Virus record (IMG/VR): IMGVR_UViG_3300031215_000012
Coordinates: 2,966-66,965 of that record
Source: a virus
Length of the DNA: 64,000 nucleotides
Reading direction: 5' to 3' (one strand)
Shown in pieces: positions 1 through 10,722 of this stretch. The notes under the pieces were generated by a model, which was given only the letters and a program-made list of their open reading frames with translations, had not been told where the DNA came from and did not search any database. The position numbers and the translations under genes were made by a program. Position 1 is the stretch's first letter, and each line of letters starts with the position of its first letter.

Positions 1-2227
1 CATCCCAAGAAATATTTTCTAATTCATCCCAAGTTACATCATGAAAATCCATTATTTTCCAAGCAGTAAAGTTTGGCATTTTTTGTTCAACTGTAATATA
101 ACTAACTTCTGTATTTCTACTAAATGATCCATACATATCATATAAAGTCAATTCAACTGTATATTCACCTTCGTGTGGTAAATTTACTGCCCATTCCTTT
201 AATAATCTTGGATTACCTTTTATAGATTTTTCCCAATAAGGTGTTTCGTCAGTTGCATCTTTGTAGATATACCATTCAATTTCATAAAAATTTGAATTTC
301 CTATATCATCCCAAGAAACACCACTAAATGGATCATTTGCTGTTGCACCCATGTTGTATGATGCAGTTGGGAATCCGGCATCTGAAGAAAGGTCAAAATC
401 ATTATAATTATGTTTTTCGTCAAGACTGTTCCAAGTTACTTCTGTATCTTGCCATGTAATATCAAAACTTGTGTTTTTTAATAATATAGGATAACCAACA
501 GGAATTTCTTCGTTGTTGTCTAATTCTAATACATTAAAATTTCTATCAAAGAAATATTGTAAATAAGCTTCTTTGTAATTATCCACAGGAAGATCACCAT
601 GTAAGAAATCTTGATATGATAAAACAGGAACTCCACCTGCATAAGAACCTTGTGTTACTACTGAATCTAAAATAGCACCTGTATCGAATCTTTCAACGAA
701 TAAAATTTGATTTCCATCTAAATTTATATAGAATTGGTCAAAGGGGGCTCCTAAAGTTAGAAGTCCTTCGTATAATGCTAACATGTTGTCATTATCAGTA
801 CTTTGATATGTTGCTGTTATTTCAAATCCTACGTTACTAACAGTATCGTATATTTTTAATGTGTTATCATAGAATGAATTTGTTAATGTAAATTCACGTA
901 CTTTTAATGTACTTGTACCATCTAAAATTAAATCAGGACCAATTTTAGCACCTACCCATTCTAAAGGTCTTAAATCTTGTATAAATCCATAAGATGATGG
1001 AAATACAGAAAATGTTGGGTTAATATTAATATCAATACTATCAACTCTATTAAATGAATTCCAATAATTTAATTCTATTTTTGTATAATATAATGCTTCA
1101 CCTACAATATCAACTATTCTACTGTTTAACGGTAAAAAGTATTTTTTTAATTTATCTTTAAGTGCGTATAGTTTTATTAAAATTTCATCAATTGTGAATT
1201 GAAAAGTTTCTTGTGTTATTGGTAAACCATCTTCATCAAATTCACCAGTTTCTTCCGTAATTTGATAGTACATTCCAAATTTATTCGTTTTAGAATAAAT
1301 TTTAGATGGGAATAAGTCGGATAATTCCTTTGTGTTATTAGAATTTAATAATACACTTTCAATATCAACAGGTCTTAATTTACCAAAGTTCTCTGAATCA
1401 ACTTTTACGTTTTTCCAGTATTCTTTTATTGCTAAAGATTCAAATCCAAAATATTTTACAATATTGATTAATGCTTTGTAACTACCAAGATACGGAAAAA
1501 TATTGTGAAATTCAAGTAAAAGTTCTTTTCTTTTCTTGTTTACTAAATTAAAATCAATTTCTTCCTCTTTTACATTCATTGAATCGAAGATTAAAAAATC
1601 TTTTGAATTCAATGTGTGACCCATTGTTTCTAATAATAATGGTAATCTTGTATCTTCGGCAACAGTATCAACAAAGAAAAATACTTCACCTATTTGTTCT
1701 TTAGACATATTATCTCTAAAGTACATATTCACTTTACCAACAAATGAATTTTCGTCACTTGCAGAAAATCCTATATTTGCTGTTTGATAATCTTGTCTTA
1801 AAATATTAATATCATAAGAATCTGGGATGTTTGTATATGTGATACCACCTTTAACTACATCTGAAAATGAGGCATCATACGTAGCTTCTATCGTCATTTC
1901 TGTTTTTTTATTAATATAGTATGCATCGTTATCTAAAGTGATGCTATACACAAAGAAATTATCTTCTGCTGTTTTATCAATTTCAAAAACTATTTCACAT
2001 TCATCATTAGTAATATTAGTAGGTTTTACATACAGGAATTTATTATATTCATCACTATAAACCTTTTCAAGTACAATTACTTGTTCTGATTCAATTAATT
2101 CAACAGAAACAGCCTGTTCTGCAAGGGTATAGTTTCCCCTGTACAATCCACTTGTTGAATCGTAAAATAAGTTAAGGTTATTACCTTTTTTATTGAAGAA
2201 ATGTAGATTTTCCTTTTTTATAGACAT
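1..2227 (-). CDS. large baseplate wedge-type structural protein (T4 gp7-like), runs off window start
   Basis: Not in ORF track; ATG at 2227 gives MSIKKENLHFFNKKG..., includes FPYLGSYKALINIVKYFGF wedge-like motif; next to gp6/gp25-like genes. Frame not checked codon by codon to position 1. Confidence 0.55.
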   Translation of the reverse strand, partial: MSIKKENLHFFNKKGNNLNLFYDSTSGLYRGNYTLAEQAVSVELIESEQVIVLEKVYSDEYNKFLYVKPTNITNDECEIVFEIDKTAEDNFFVYSITLDNDAYYINKKTEMTIEATYDASFSDVVKGGITYTNIPDSYDINILRQDYQTANIGFSASDENSFVGKVNMYFRDNMSKEQIGEVFFFVDTVAEDTRLPLLLETMGHTLNSKDFLIFDSMNVKEEEIDFNLVNKKRKELLLEFHNIFPYLGSYKALINIVKYFGFESLAIKEYWKNVKVDSENFGKLRPVDIESVLLNSNNTKELSDLFPSKIYSKTNKFGMYYQITEETGEFDEDGLPITQETFQFTIDEILIKLYALKDKLKKYFLPLNSRIVDIVGEALYYTKIELNYWNSFNRVDSIDININPTFSVFPSSYGFIQDLRPLEWVGAKIGPDLILDGTSTLKVREFTLTNSFYDNTLKIYDTVSNVGFEITATYQSTDNDNMLALYEGLLTLGAPFDQFYINLDGNQILFVERFDTGAILDSVVTQGSYAGGVPVLSYQDFLHGDLPVDNYKEAYLQYFFDRNFNVLELDNNEEIPVGYPILLKNTSFDITWQDTEVTWNSLDEKHNYNDFDLSSDAGFPTASYNMGATANDPFSGVSWDDIGNSNFYEIEWYIYKDATDETPYWEKSIKGNPRLLKEWAVNLPHEGEYTVELTLYDMYGSFSRNTEVSYITVEQKMPNFTAWKIMDFHDVTWDELENISWD

Positions 2228-2233
2228 TTATTG

Positions 2234-2455
2234 TTATTTATTTGGATTATCCTCTGTGTAATTATAAAGATTCTCAAGAAGTTTTACAGAATAATAGTTA
2301 TTCATTTTAATCATTTCTAATTTCTTTAAAAATCCGCTCATAATTTCATTTGGTGTACCTGTTAGGTATGGGGACATAGTTTTTTCAAATATGTCTAATT
2401 CCTCTTCTTTAACAGGTTCGTATGCTTGTTGTATTTGCGATTTACTCAGTCTCAT
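2234..2455 (-). CDS. small baseplate-region hypothetical protein
   Basis: 73-aa ORF tightly packed between baseplate genes. Confidence 0.5.
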   Translation of the reverse strand: MRLSKSQIQQAYEPVKEEELDIFEKTMSPYLTGTPNEIMSGFLKKLEMIKMNNYYSVKLLENLYNYTEDNPNK

Positions 2456-2463
2456 GATTTACC

Positions 2464-4272
2464 TTATTTTCTTGGTATTGATTCTCTAACTACGATATTT
2501 AGTGCTGATAAATTATCAGTATTTATACCGTCTATATATTCTATTCCATTTCTATCAAAGAATCCACCTCTAATAAGTGGTAATTCTTTATTTCCAATAA
2601 CAATATCCCCAAATTCGTCTAATCCTAAGTTTGGATTTTCTCCAGGTGTTAAAATTATTTTTTCTGTTGTTTCTATTACTGTACTATCATTCAAGTTAGG
2701 AACATCTACATTTTCTCTAACTTTGTTCAATAGGACATTTGTAGCTTCTGTGTTATTATAATTAATGTTTTTGAAATAATATCCATTAGCAATTGCCGTT
2801 TCATTTACTTCTGAAATAAAATCAACATAAACAGAATCTACTCCACTAACTTCTTCAATTATTTTAATAATATCAGAACGTGGAATTTTATCTCTTCTTT
2901 GTAAAGAAAGGAAATATTCACCTACTTTGTCTGTAATTTCTGCAGAAACAACATCTTGACTTACAATATCATCAAATACTCTAATAAAAACATTTAGTGA
3001 ATATCTTGTAATGATAGGGTCAATTATTTTTAATTCTGTTGAAATTAATTGTCTACCACTTTTGTTAATAACATCATATACAGCATCTTTATCTTGTTCT
3101 GTTAAGTAGAAATTATTTATATCTGTACTAAAGTAATCTGAATTACTTTGTACTTTTCTTGTAATGTCTGGTAATAAAAATAAATATACAATATTATCAT
3201 CATCTAAATATTGATCTCCAAATGTATTAAAGGCATCTATGTAACTGAATTGGTTGTACTTAGATAAGAAATAAGTATAATTAGTAGGATTAGCAAGTAC
3301 TAAACCTCTACTATTTTTATTCATTAAAAACCTTGTAAGTTCTTTATTCTCAGCGTCTGCACCCATAGTAATCTTTTTAGAAATACTAACATCAAACACT
3401 TCGTTTAGATCCAATTCGCCACCAATTCCATCAGAAACTTCATCAACAAACTCAAAAATAATAGAAGATGAGGATTCTCCGAGGTTTCCACCAGAACCAC
3501 TTGAAGCAATCCAGTCGATCTGTATATTTTCACCAACTTCTGGTATGTACCCATAATCCGGATTACCAAAATATATATCCACTCCACCATTTATTCCCGT
3601 TTTCACTAGAACCCCTTTTTCGTTCTTTTTCATGTCATAAAGGGATTCGAATTTTTTAAATTCTTGACCATTAACAGAAATAGTAACTGTATCGTTTTCA
3701 ATCTGTGCGAATCTTGTTGGAATGTTGAATGATTGTAAATCAACTCCATTACCTGTAAAGTTCGATGTATTTAATTCCCCTTCTATAACTTGAAAGGACA
3801 TTAAATTAGAACTTGACTTTGGAATATAGACTGAATCAGTGTCTAATAACACTAAATAATTTTTTTGATTGTTTTTACACAACATTTTTGTGTAATTTAC
3901 TATTTGAATATTAGAACCTGGAATATCATTTGCAACTCCTGGTTTAATTTTCATTGAAATTTCTCCTTTTGCACTTATTGGTCTACTAGGATTGTGACCT
4001 GTTAGTCTTGCAAGACCTAATATAGAATTTTCTTTATATGCTGTTAGTATGTTTCTTTCGTTTAAAGAATCTTCTAAATAGAAGTATTGTAATTTGTTTA
4101 ATTCGTTTAAAACATCAATAATTTGTCCATAAGGACTTGATGGTGAAAAGTTTAAATCTCTTTTGTCATATTCTTTAACTAGAAACGTTTCTAATTGTTG
4201 TTTTAGTTGGTCATCGAATAACCTACTCTTATCTATAATCTTATTAACTTGGTCTTTTGCTTTCTTTGACAT
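2464..4272 (-). CDS. baseplate wedge subunit (T4 gp6 / baseplate J-like)
   Basis: TA..ENSILGLARLTGHNPSRPISA, IYFGN...G.IP and GADAE motifs typical of gp6. Confidence 0.85.
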   Translation of the reverse strand: MSKKAKDQVNKIIDKSRLFDDQLKQQLETFLVKEYDKRDLNFSPSSPYGQIIDVLNELNKLQYFYLEDSLNERNILTAYKENSILGLARLTGHNPSRPISAKGEISMKIKPGVANDIPGSNIQIVNYTKMLCKNNQKNYLVLLDTDSVYIPKSSSNLMSFQVIEGELNTSNFTGNGVDLQSFNIPTRFAQIENDTVTISVNGQEFKKFESLYDMKKNEKGVLVKTGINGGVDIYFGNPDYGYIPEVGENIQIDWIASSGSGGNLGESSSSIIFEFVDEVSDGIGGELDLNEVFDVSISKKITMGADAENKELTRFLMNKNSRGLVLANPTNYTYFLSKYNQFSYIDAFNTFGDQYLDDDNIVYLFLLPDITRKVQSNSDYFSTDINNFYLTEQDKDAVYDVINKSGRQLISTELKIIDPIITRYSLNVFIRVFDDIVSQDVVSAEITDKVGEYFLSLQRRDKIPRSDIIKIIEEVSGVDSVYVDFISEVNETAIANGYYFKNINYNNTEATNVLLNKVRENVDVPNLNDSTVIETTEKIILTPGENPNLGLDEFGDIVIGNKELPLIRGGFFDRNGIEYIDGINTDNLSALNIVVRESIPRK

Positions 4273-4294
4273 TTAGGAACAATTGTTTTTATAT

Positions 4295-4657
4295 TTAATT
4301 GACAACCATTCTTACTAAGTTGTCATCTTCTACTAAAATCTCAATAATTGCAGCATCGCTAGTACCTACTTTGTAGAATTCTACCTTTATTTCGTATCTG
4401 AATTCTCCAGATAATGCACAATTTCTTGAAATTTGTTGACTTATTGCTTGTACTAATTCACTTTCACCAACATTAAAGTTATGTAAATAGGATTGTAACC
4501 CAACACCATAATTAGCTCTTCCTAAAACAGTCGTTGGTGGTGTACCTAAAACCATTTCAATTTCTTGTAAAAACCCTTCAAGTTTATCGTTATTTTCTAT
4601 ATTGTTTTTACTATAATTGGTTTTATTAGGTCTGCGGATGTAAATATCTGTTGCCAT
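4295..4657 (-). CDS. baseplate wedge/sheath initiator (gp25-like)
   Basis: 120 aa, LGTPP..VLG..NYGVGLQSYL motif, upstream of gp6. Confidence 0.7.
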   Translation of the reverse strand: MATDIYIRRPNKTNYSKNNIENNDKLEGFLQEIEMVLGTPPTTVLGRANYGVGLQSYLHNFNVGESELVQAISQQISRNCALSGEFRYEIKVEFYKVGTSDAAIIEILVEDDNLVRMVVN

Positions 4658-4660
4658 ATC

Positions 4661-4813
4661 CTATTTAATTATTCTTTTATAGAACTTTGATTTTTTTAAC
4701 TTATCTATCTTTTCTAATATTGAAGTATGTTCTTCTGAATCCATACCATCAAGTACAAATGCGGCAGCAGGGCTTTTTCCTTCGTTTAAATATTCGTTTA
4801 ATCCATCAGTGTG
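4661..4813 (-). pseudogene. start-less remnant of a capsid-targeted (xLNEYLNEG) protein
   Basis: In-frame after the TAG of the neck gene: HTDGLNEYLNEGKSPAAAFVLDGMDSEEH...RIIK*. Confidence 0.45.
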
Positions 4814-5584
4814 CTACATAGACCCCGTGTGGAGAAAGAAATCACTTCCACCTCTCATACTTTTAACTTCTTCTTTAACTTCATCAACTTGCTCTTTTCC
4901 TTGTTCGTAATACCTATCATAATTAATAGTTGCATTACCAGGTAAGTTCATAGTGAAAGTACCTAAGATGTTCGCTAATTGCATTTTAGAGTGTCCTAAA
5001 CAATAGTGAAAGAATAAATCTAATCCATAAAGTGCTTCTAAAGGTGCTCTAACTTCACAATCTAATAAAAAATCAGGTGAATTTTCTAAAGAACCTTTTA
5101 AGAAAAGTTTATTTGTACCTCTACTGTATGTATATGATATTGGAAAGTTCATAATGTGATACATTAAATCTCCCCAAGAAGATGCAATAACAAATCCTAA
5201 AACTGCATCAGATTGCATAGTATCTTCAGCACCTGAAAATCCACCATTTACACCCCAGTTTGATGCTAAGTATTTATCAAAAGAAAAATCAGGATAACCA
5301 TTCATTTTTCTTGATGAAACTGTATCTTTAGCAACCGCACTTACAGAATAAATACAACTTGGTAGTGTAATCTTTCTTGTTGCTTGAAATTCTTTGTTAT
5401 TTGCCCAAACTTCAGCAGGGATTGATAAGTAAATATTATCAACACCGTCATCCCAATTTCTATGAAACCATTGAGCAGCATATTTAACAATATTATCAAT
5501 TGCAGCTTCTGGAACACTGAAAGGTAGACTGCATCCAACCGTAATGGCAGTACTTAGTTCATCGTAAAATTCTCTTTTAGTCAT
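4814..5584 (-). CDS. neck protein / head-tail adaptor (T4 gp13-like)
   Basis: C-terminal LPGNATINYDRYYEQGKEQ...E motif of gp13 family. Confidence 0.8.
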   Translation of the reverse strand: MTKREFYDELSTAITVGCSLPFSVPEAAIDNIVKYAAQWFHRNWDDGVDNIYLSIPAEVWANNKEFQATRKITLPSCIYSVSAVAKDTVSSRKMNGYPDFSFDKYLASNWGVNGGFSGAEDTMQSDAVLGFVIASSWGDLMYHIMNFPISYTYSRGTNKLFLKGSLENSPDFLLDCEVRAPLEALYGLDLFFHYCLGHSKMQLANILGTFTMNLPGNATINYDRYYEQGKEQVDEVKEEVKSMRGGSDFFLHTGSM

Positions 5585-5601
5585 AATGTATTTACTTTGT
5601 T

Positions 5602-6942
5602 TTAAATTTCAGCTTCATCTAAATTTTCAACATCCTTTTCAATAATAGTTGTTGTATCTGTTATTTCACAATTAAAATGTGAACCTTTTCTGAAAATACC
5701 ACCATCAATATATGAATCTTTCATCTTTACTCCATCTAAATAACAATCTTTAAATTCCCCTCCATTGATTTCTTCGTTTTTAATTCTGCAATTTTTGAAA
5801 TTAGAATTATTTACTTTAGTCATGTCTAAATCTGAATTAGAAACAACACAATCATATAAACTTGTGTGAGTTAGTATAGTGTTTATTAATCTACAATCAT
5901 ATAATAATATTCCTGGGTCATCAATAGTTGTTCTTCTGATAATAAATCCTCCAATTTCAATAACAGAATTGTCAGTGTCGTAATTTATTACACCTTTCAT
6001 ATTAAATTTAACTTCTTTCATTCTAATTAGAATAGGATATATGTGTTTCCATACTATTGGAAAAAATAATTTTCTGGTTTCTTCGTCAACTTTTAAGTCA
6101 ACTTTAAATTCAATATTCTTGAATATATTACTAAAGTTAAAATAGTTTTGTCCAGCTAAGAAAACATTTTTCTTAGGTTCTAATAAATCAATAAGTTTTT
6201 GTTTAATTTCATTTTCTTCAGTATAATATGCATCTTTGATACTATTTAAAAAGAAATCTAATAAGAAAAGTATATCTGTTTGTTGTTCTTCATATTTTCT
6301 ACCTCCAATGTATCTAAATTCTAAATAATTACTTTTTAACTTTTCAAAGTTTATACCGTAGTATTTTGTCATTGGATATGTAAAACTTGTTCTATTTGTA
6401 GTTAAATTAACAAAATCAAAGTTACTATGTAGTGGTATAATATCTTTAATAGATTTTGTATATAAATTATCTTTTCTGTTTGGGAATCTTTTATATATTT
6501 CATCTTCTTCAAAATCTAATATAAATTTCAATATATCCATATCTTGAATATATCTTGTATCAGGATAATTCAAATTTAAGTGCAACCCACATCTTTCAGT
6601 TGTTTTTACTCCTTTAGATTCTCTTATCCATCTTAAAACTTTAATTAATATTATTCGAGCATGATTATAATCCATTGGACCTGTAACAAGTTCAACAGAA
6701 TGATCTCCCAATGAAAAATCTGGTTCTAATTTGAAATGGTTGTCAGTTGGTACGAATTCAGAATGGTGTTCCTTTTCGATGTTCATTTTAACCTTTAAAA
6801 GTTTTTGTAATTCATCTTTTATAGTTCCTAAATTAAAATTAGCATCTCGTACAAACTCTATTTCAAGTCCACATTTGGCGTTGTATATTTCTTTATTGTT
6901 TTCCATTGAAATAATTATCGTTTTCTTATTTAATGTAAACAA
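5602..6942 (-). CDS. putative amidoligase (COOH-NH2 ligase) with C-terminal beta-helix-like repeats
   Basis: GLEIEF, EPDFSL, ELVT, CGLHLN, KYYGINF, YLEFR motifs; start probably MENNKE. Confidence 0.75.
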   Translation of the reverse strand: MFTLNKKTIIISMENNKEIYNAKCGLEIEFVRDANFNLGTIKDELQKLLKVKMNIEKEHHSEFVPTDNHFKLEPDFSLGDHSVELVTGPMDYNHARIILIKVLRWIRESKGVKTTERCGLHLNLNYPDTRYIQDMDILKFILDFEEDEIYKRFPNRKDNLYTKSIKDIIPLHSNFDFVNLTTNRTSFTYPMTKYYGINFEKLKSNYLEFRYIGGRKYEEQQTDILFLLDFFLNSIKDAYYTEENEIKQKLIDLLEPKKNVFLAGQNYFNFSNIFKNIEFKVDLKVDEETRKLFFPIVWKHIYPILIRMKEVKFNMKGVINYDTDNSVIEIGGFIIRRTTIDDPGILLYDCRLINTILTHTSLYDCVVSNSDLDMTKVNNSNFKNCRIKNEEINGGEFKDCYLDGVKMKDSYIDGGIFRKGSHFNCEITDTTTIIEKDVENLDEAEI

Positions 6943-6992
6943 AAAAAGGCAACCACGAATGATTACCTTTTCTTCTTAAATTCATTATAAAA

Positions 6993-8111
6993 TTAAACTA
7001 ACTCTAAACCGTATTTGTTATCTTTATTGTCTAAAACTTTAACGTTAACTTTTTCACCACGTTTCAATTCTTGACCTTCTTCAAGTTTACTTATGTGTAT
7101 AAGTCCGGTTGCATTCTTTCCCAAAGAAATGAAACTACCATACTTTACAGTTTTTACAACTTTTCCTTCGATTACTTCACCTTTTATGAATTTAGGTTTT
7201 GCAACTTCGTTTGGATCAACTGATAATCTTGATAAAATTATTTTCCTATTTGTAACTATTTCTTTTAAGTAGAAATCAATTTCCCTTCCCGGAGTAACTT
7301 CTCCATTATTAAATAATTCAATTAAAGCCTCGTCAAAATCATCTTTGTGAATCATTCCAGTTAAAACATCGTTAAATTCAATAAATATCCCAAATGGTTT
7401 AGTACCTGTTACTTTACCTGTATAAACAGCACCAATTTCTAATTTTTCAATTTCTGTTGGGATTAATGTTTCAAGATATGCTCTATGTGAAACTATTAAT
7501 TGGTCTTTGAACTTAGAATATCTATTTTCGTTTTTAATAGGTATTACTTTAATAGTTTTACCTATTAATGTTTGAAAGTCTATTAATTTGTTAATTCCTC
7601 CTAAACTTCCAGGCATAAATACATTCACATTTTCAATACTAAGAACATATCCATTTTCTGTCAATGCAATAACGTTTGCATCATAGATAGAATCATTAGA
7701 TGGGTCTTTCATTTCAGTATAAAGTCTATTTTTTATAAACTCAACAACACTAGCTTTTAAATATCCTTTTGTATTTGTGATAAGTGCTTCAATTTCATCA
7801 CCAATTCTATAATCTTCAGGATTAATGTTATCCTTTTCAATAGAAATATAAGCAAATTCCTTTCCTCCAATATCTAAAAGAATATCATTTTGAGAAATTT
7901 GAGAAACAAATCCAGAAATTTCTTGTCCTAATTCATATCGAAGTGATTTTGGTAGTCTTTTGAACGTTTCATCGTAAAGTGAAAGTAGTTCTGCGGCATA
8001 AGATTCTTTAGATAAAAGTTTGCCATTTTGAAGAAATATAGTGTTTTCTTTTTCAGTTTCAAACATTTCGATGTTTGTTGGGTCACCATAAGTTACTTTT
8101 TCGTCATTCAT
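6993..8111 (-). CDS. rpsA: ribosomal protein S1 homologue (about 4 S1 domains)
   Basis: FMPGS, IVSHR, GKVTGTKPFGIFIEF..GMIH, GKVVKTVKYGSFI..GLIHISKL S1 repeats. Confidence 0.85.
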   Translation of the reverse strand: MNDEKVTYGDPTNIEMFETEKENTIFLQNGKLLSKESYAAELLSLYDETFKRLPKSLRYELGQEISGFVSQISQNDILLDIGGKEFAYISIEKDNINPEDYRIGDEIEALITNTKGYLKASVVEFIKNRLYTEMKDPSNDSIYDANVIALTENGYVLSIENVNVFMPGSLGGINKLIDFQTLIGKTIKVIPIKNENRYSKFKDQLIVSHRAYLETLIPTEIEKLEIGAVYTGKVTGTKPFGIFIEFNDVLTGMIHKDDFDEALIELFNNGEVTPGREIDFYLKEIVTNRKIILSRLSVDPNEVAKPKFIKGEVIEGKVVKTVKYGSFISLGKNATGLIHISKLEEGQELKRGEKVNVKVLDNKDNKYGLELV

Positions 8112-8149
8112 TATTATTTTGTTTTAAAATGTTATACTTTATATAATCG

Positions 8150-8695
8150 TTAAGTAATCGTGAATAATGGCACTGGTAATACCAATGGTGGTGGTGGTAC
8201 ACCAGCAATTGCGATTCCTGTATATAAGAAATTTAAGGTCTTTGCGTGTAGTGTAAACATATTGTAAAATGCGAGTACTATTGGCTCCATCGTTGAACTA
8301 TCACTTGCCGGTGGATATGGTGGTGTTGGTACCGGAACAGAACCAATTACATTTCCTAAGTTTACTAATGACATTCCAGGATGAGTTGCCGGCAATTTTA
8401 ATAATGCTGGTGCCCAACAAGCAACTAAAGATGCTTCAATTGGTGTAAATATCATTGCTGGTGCCTTTGTATTGAAACATAATTCAAGTGATGCTTCGAT
8501 TGCTGTTTCAACTAAAGGAAATAATTGACCTTGCCAAGCATTTCCTAAACTATCGGAACCTGCTTTACAAGCATCTTCGTATGCTGCGGCAAGTCCTACT
8601 GCCACTTCCTTTATTGTTCCTTCTTCACCTTTACTATCGAGTGCAAGTTCATACTGATTTGTAAAAACTGCTTCTATATCTGCTTTTAATCCCAT
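8150..8695 (-). CDS. baseplate spike-associated hypothetical protein
   Basis: Pro-rich 181 aa, translationally coupled to gp5-like gene. Confidence 0.4.
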   Translation of the reverse strand: MGLKADIEAVFTNQYELALDSKGEEGTIKEVAVGLAAAYEDACKAGSDSLGNAWQGQLFPLVETAIEASLELCFNTKAPAMIFTPIEASLVACWAPALLKLPATHPGMSLVNLGNVIGSVPVPTPPYPPASDSSTMEPIVLAFYNMFTLHAKTLNFLYTGIAIAGVPPPPLVLPVPLFTIT

Positions 8696-9447
8696 TATTC
8701 TAAGTCTTTATCTAAAGTTACTAATTCTGATTTGAAATCTACCCAACCAGCATCTGGGGCATCAAATGTTCCTGCTATTACACCTGCCCATCCAACACCT
8801 GCTGAAAGTGGTGTACATGGTCCAACTGGTGAATTTACAGTAACAGCACCTAATTTAGTAATAAAATCTGTAAGTAACGTTTCTAATGTGTCACCTAAAA
8901 CCGCTGGTTCTAAACTTCCACCTTGTGTACCTAAACTAATACCTTCATTTCCAATGTGTACAACTTTACCTGTTTCTCCATTCGAAAGTAATATACTTTC
9001 ATCTTCATTACTGAATTGAATAAATGTTTCGTTTTTTCTTACTATAAGTCCCTGTGTTTCAGTGTAAAATATTTCGAGGGTTCTTGGATCACTTTCTTCA
9101 CCAAGTCCATCTTCTCCCATTCTTTTATCATATACGATTGACCATACTTTAGGATAGTCTTCTGCATATTCACCTAATAAATCATCATTAGTTTTTGCAA
9201 TACCTGAGTAAAACGGAACATATTCATCACCGTTTTCAAAGAATACGTTACATATTTCACCTACTTTAGGAATGATAACAGTACCTGATGAAAGTTGATT
9301 GTATGGGATTGCCCAAGGAATTACTTCGTCATTCAATTTATCAAATTTTCCAAAAACTTTGATTTTAACTCGACCAAGATTCAACACATCATTTGTATCA
9401 ATAACTTCCCCTACCCAAATCGTACCTAAAGTTGTGTCTTTAAACAT
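8695..9447 (-). CDS. baseplate hub/spike protein (gp5 N-terminal OB fold)
   Basis: GEVIDTND..LGRVKIKVFG...IPWA...IPKVG..V.FENGD motif. Confidence 0.85.
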   Translation of the reverse strand: MFKDTTLGTIWVGEVIDTNDVLNLGRVKIKVFGKFDKLNDEVIPWAIPYNQLSSGTVIIPKVGEICNVFFENGDEYVPFYSGIAKTNDDLLGEYAEDYPKVWSIVYDKRMGEDGLGEESDPRTLEIFYTETQGLIVRKNETFIQFSNEDESILLSNGETGKVVHIGNEGISLGTQGGSLEPAVLGDTLETLLTDFITKLGAVTVNSPVGPCTPLSAGVGWAGVIAGTFDAPDAGWVDFKSELVTLDKDLE

Positions 9448-9474
9448 ATTATTCTATAATTTATACTGTTTTAT

Positions 9475-10719
9475 TTAATTACTTCCTTTACCGTAAACGT
9501 TTCCTAAATTACTTTTGTTGTTACTTTTGTTGTTACTTTTCATATTTATAACTGTATTTTGAGCACTATCAACTATTGTTGATGCGTTTATGTTTGCTAA
9601 AGAAGAAGGAGAAAATCCATAAACGTTACCTAAAAGTAAATTTGTTAGTTTATTTTTAACTAAATTTCCTGCTTTTGCTGAAACATTTGCACTTACATCG
9701 GTTGCAAGTGCAACAATAGAATCTTTAATAAAATTAGGTGATTTAGGACTATTTAAAACGTCGTCATTTATAAATAATAATTCTTTTCTCAAATAATCTT
9801 TAACATAATAGTGATTATCTTGATTACTTAATGAATGTAAAATTCTATAAATGTTATTTTCTTCTATGTTTTGATATGAAATTTTAATTTTTTGAGCAAC
9901 TTGTGTTGGTTGTGAATTTGAAATAGATGCGAATGCTTCACCAGAATCATCAGGTTGAAATTCACAATGTGTTAAATCAAAAGAAATTTGGGTTCTATCT
10001 GTCATAGAATTTACACCTAACAATTGTTCATTTATTTCAGCTTTTTTACTTAGTGGATTTTCACTTGTAGATGGTAAATCTATTTCGTTTGCTAAATTAC
10101 CTAATCTTTTTAAGTTAGTAGTTTTCAATCCAAAATCTCTAAAATCATAAAGTTTAATTGTCATATCAAACTTTCTAAGATTATCAGGTAAAATATATCT
10201 TCTATTTACAAAATCAACTGTTATTTTTTTATATAAATCCATCAATCCAGTCATTCTTAAATCAATTGATTCTAAACAAGTTATTGTTACTTCTTTATTG
10301 AATAATGGTTTTGATATATCTCTTTTCCAAGCATCATCTAATCCATCTATTGATTGAAAGTACCAAGGATATTCTGTATTCAATTTTATTAATAATGATT
10401 TGAAATCCAATAACATATTATATCTTGCTGTATCTCCTATTGAATCTAAGTAATAAAGGGCTGAATTAGAATTTTTCTCAGCACCTAAAAATCCAGATGC
10501 ATTCATTGAACCTGCTACTGAATCTGTTTGTCCTATACCTGTAAATAATAATTTGAATGATAAGTACGTAGGGTCTTGATACAAATGTAATTTATCTGTA
10601 CTGTGTGTACTTAGTGGTTTTCTAAAGTTTTTATTTTCATTAGATTCTCCAAATATGTCTTTACCCAAAGACGAACCTCTGGACATCGCATCATTTATAC
10701 CTTCATCTAATTTACCCAT
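9475..10719 (-). CDS. tail tube-like / baseplate-tube initiator protein
   Basis: Position in baseplate operon; ITCLESIDLRM, LPDNLRKFDM tube-like segments. Confidence 0.45.
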   Translation of the reverse strand: MGKLDEGINDAMSRGSSLGKDIFGESNENKNFRKPLSTHSTDKLHLYQDPTYLSFKLLFTGIGQTDSVAGSMNASGFLGAEKNSNSALYYLDSIGDTARYNMLLDFKSLLIKLNTEYPWYFQSIDGLDDAWKRDISKPLFNKEVTITCLESIDLRMTGLMDLYKKITVDFVNRRYILPDNLRKFDMTIKLYDFRDFGLKTTNLKRLGNLANEIDLPSTSENPLSKKAEINEQLLGVNSMTDRTQISFDLTHCEFQPDDSGEAFASISNSQPTQVAQKIKISYQNIEENNIYRILHSLSNQDNHYYVKDYLRKELLFINDDVLNSPKSPNFIKDSIVALATDVSANVSAKAGNLVKNKLTNLLLGNVYGFSPSSLANINASTIVDSAQNTVINMKSNNKSNNKSNLGNVYGKGSN

Positions 10720-10722
10720 TTA

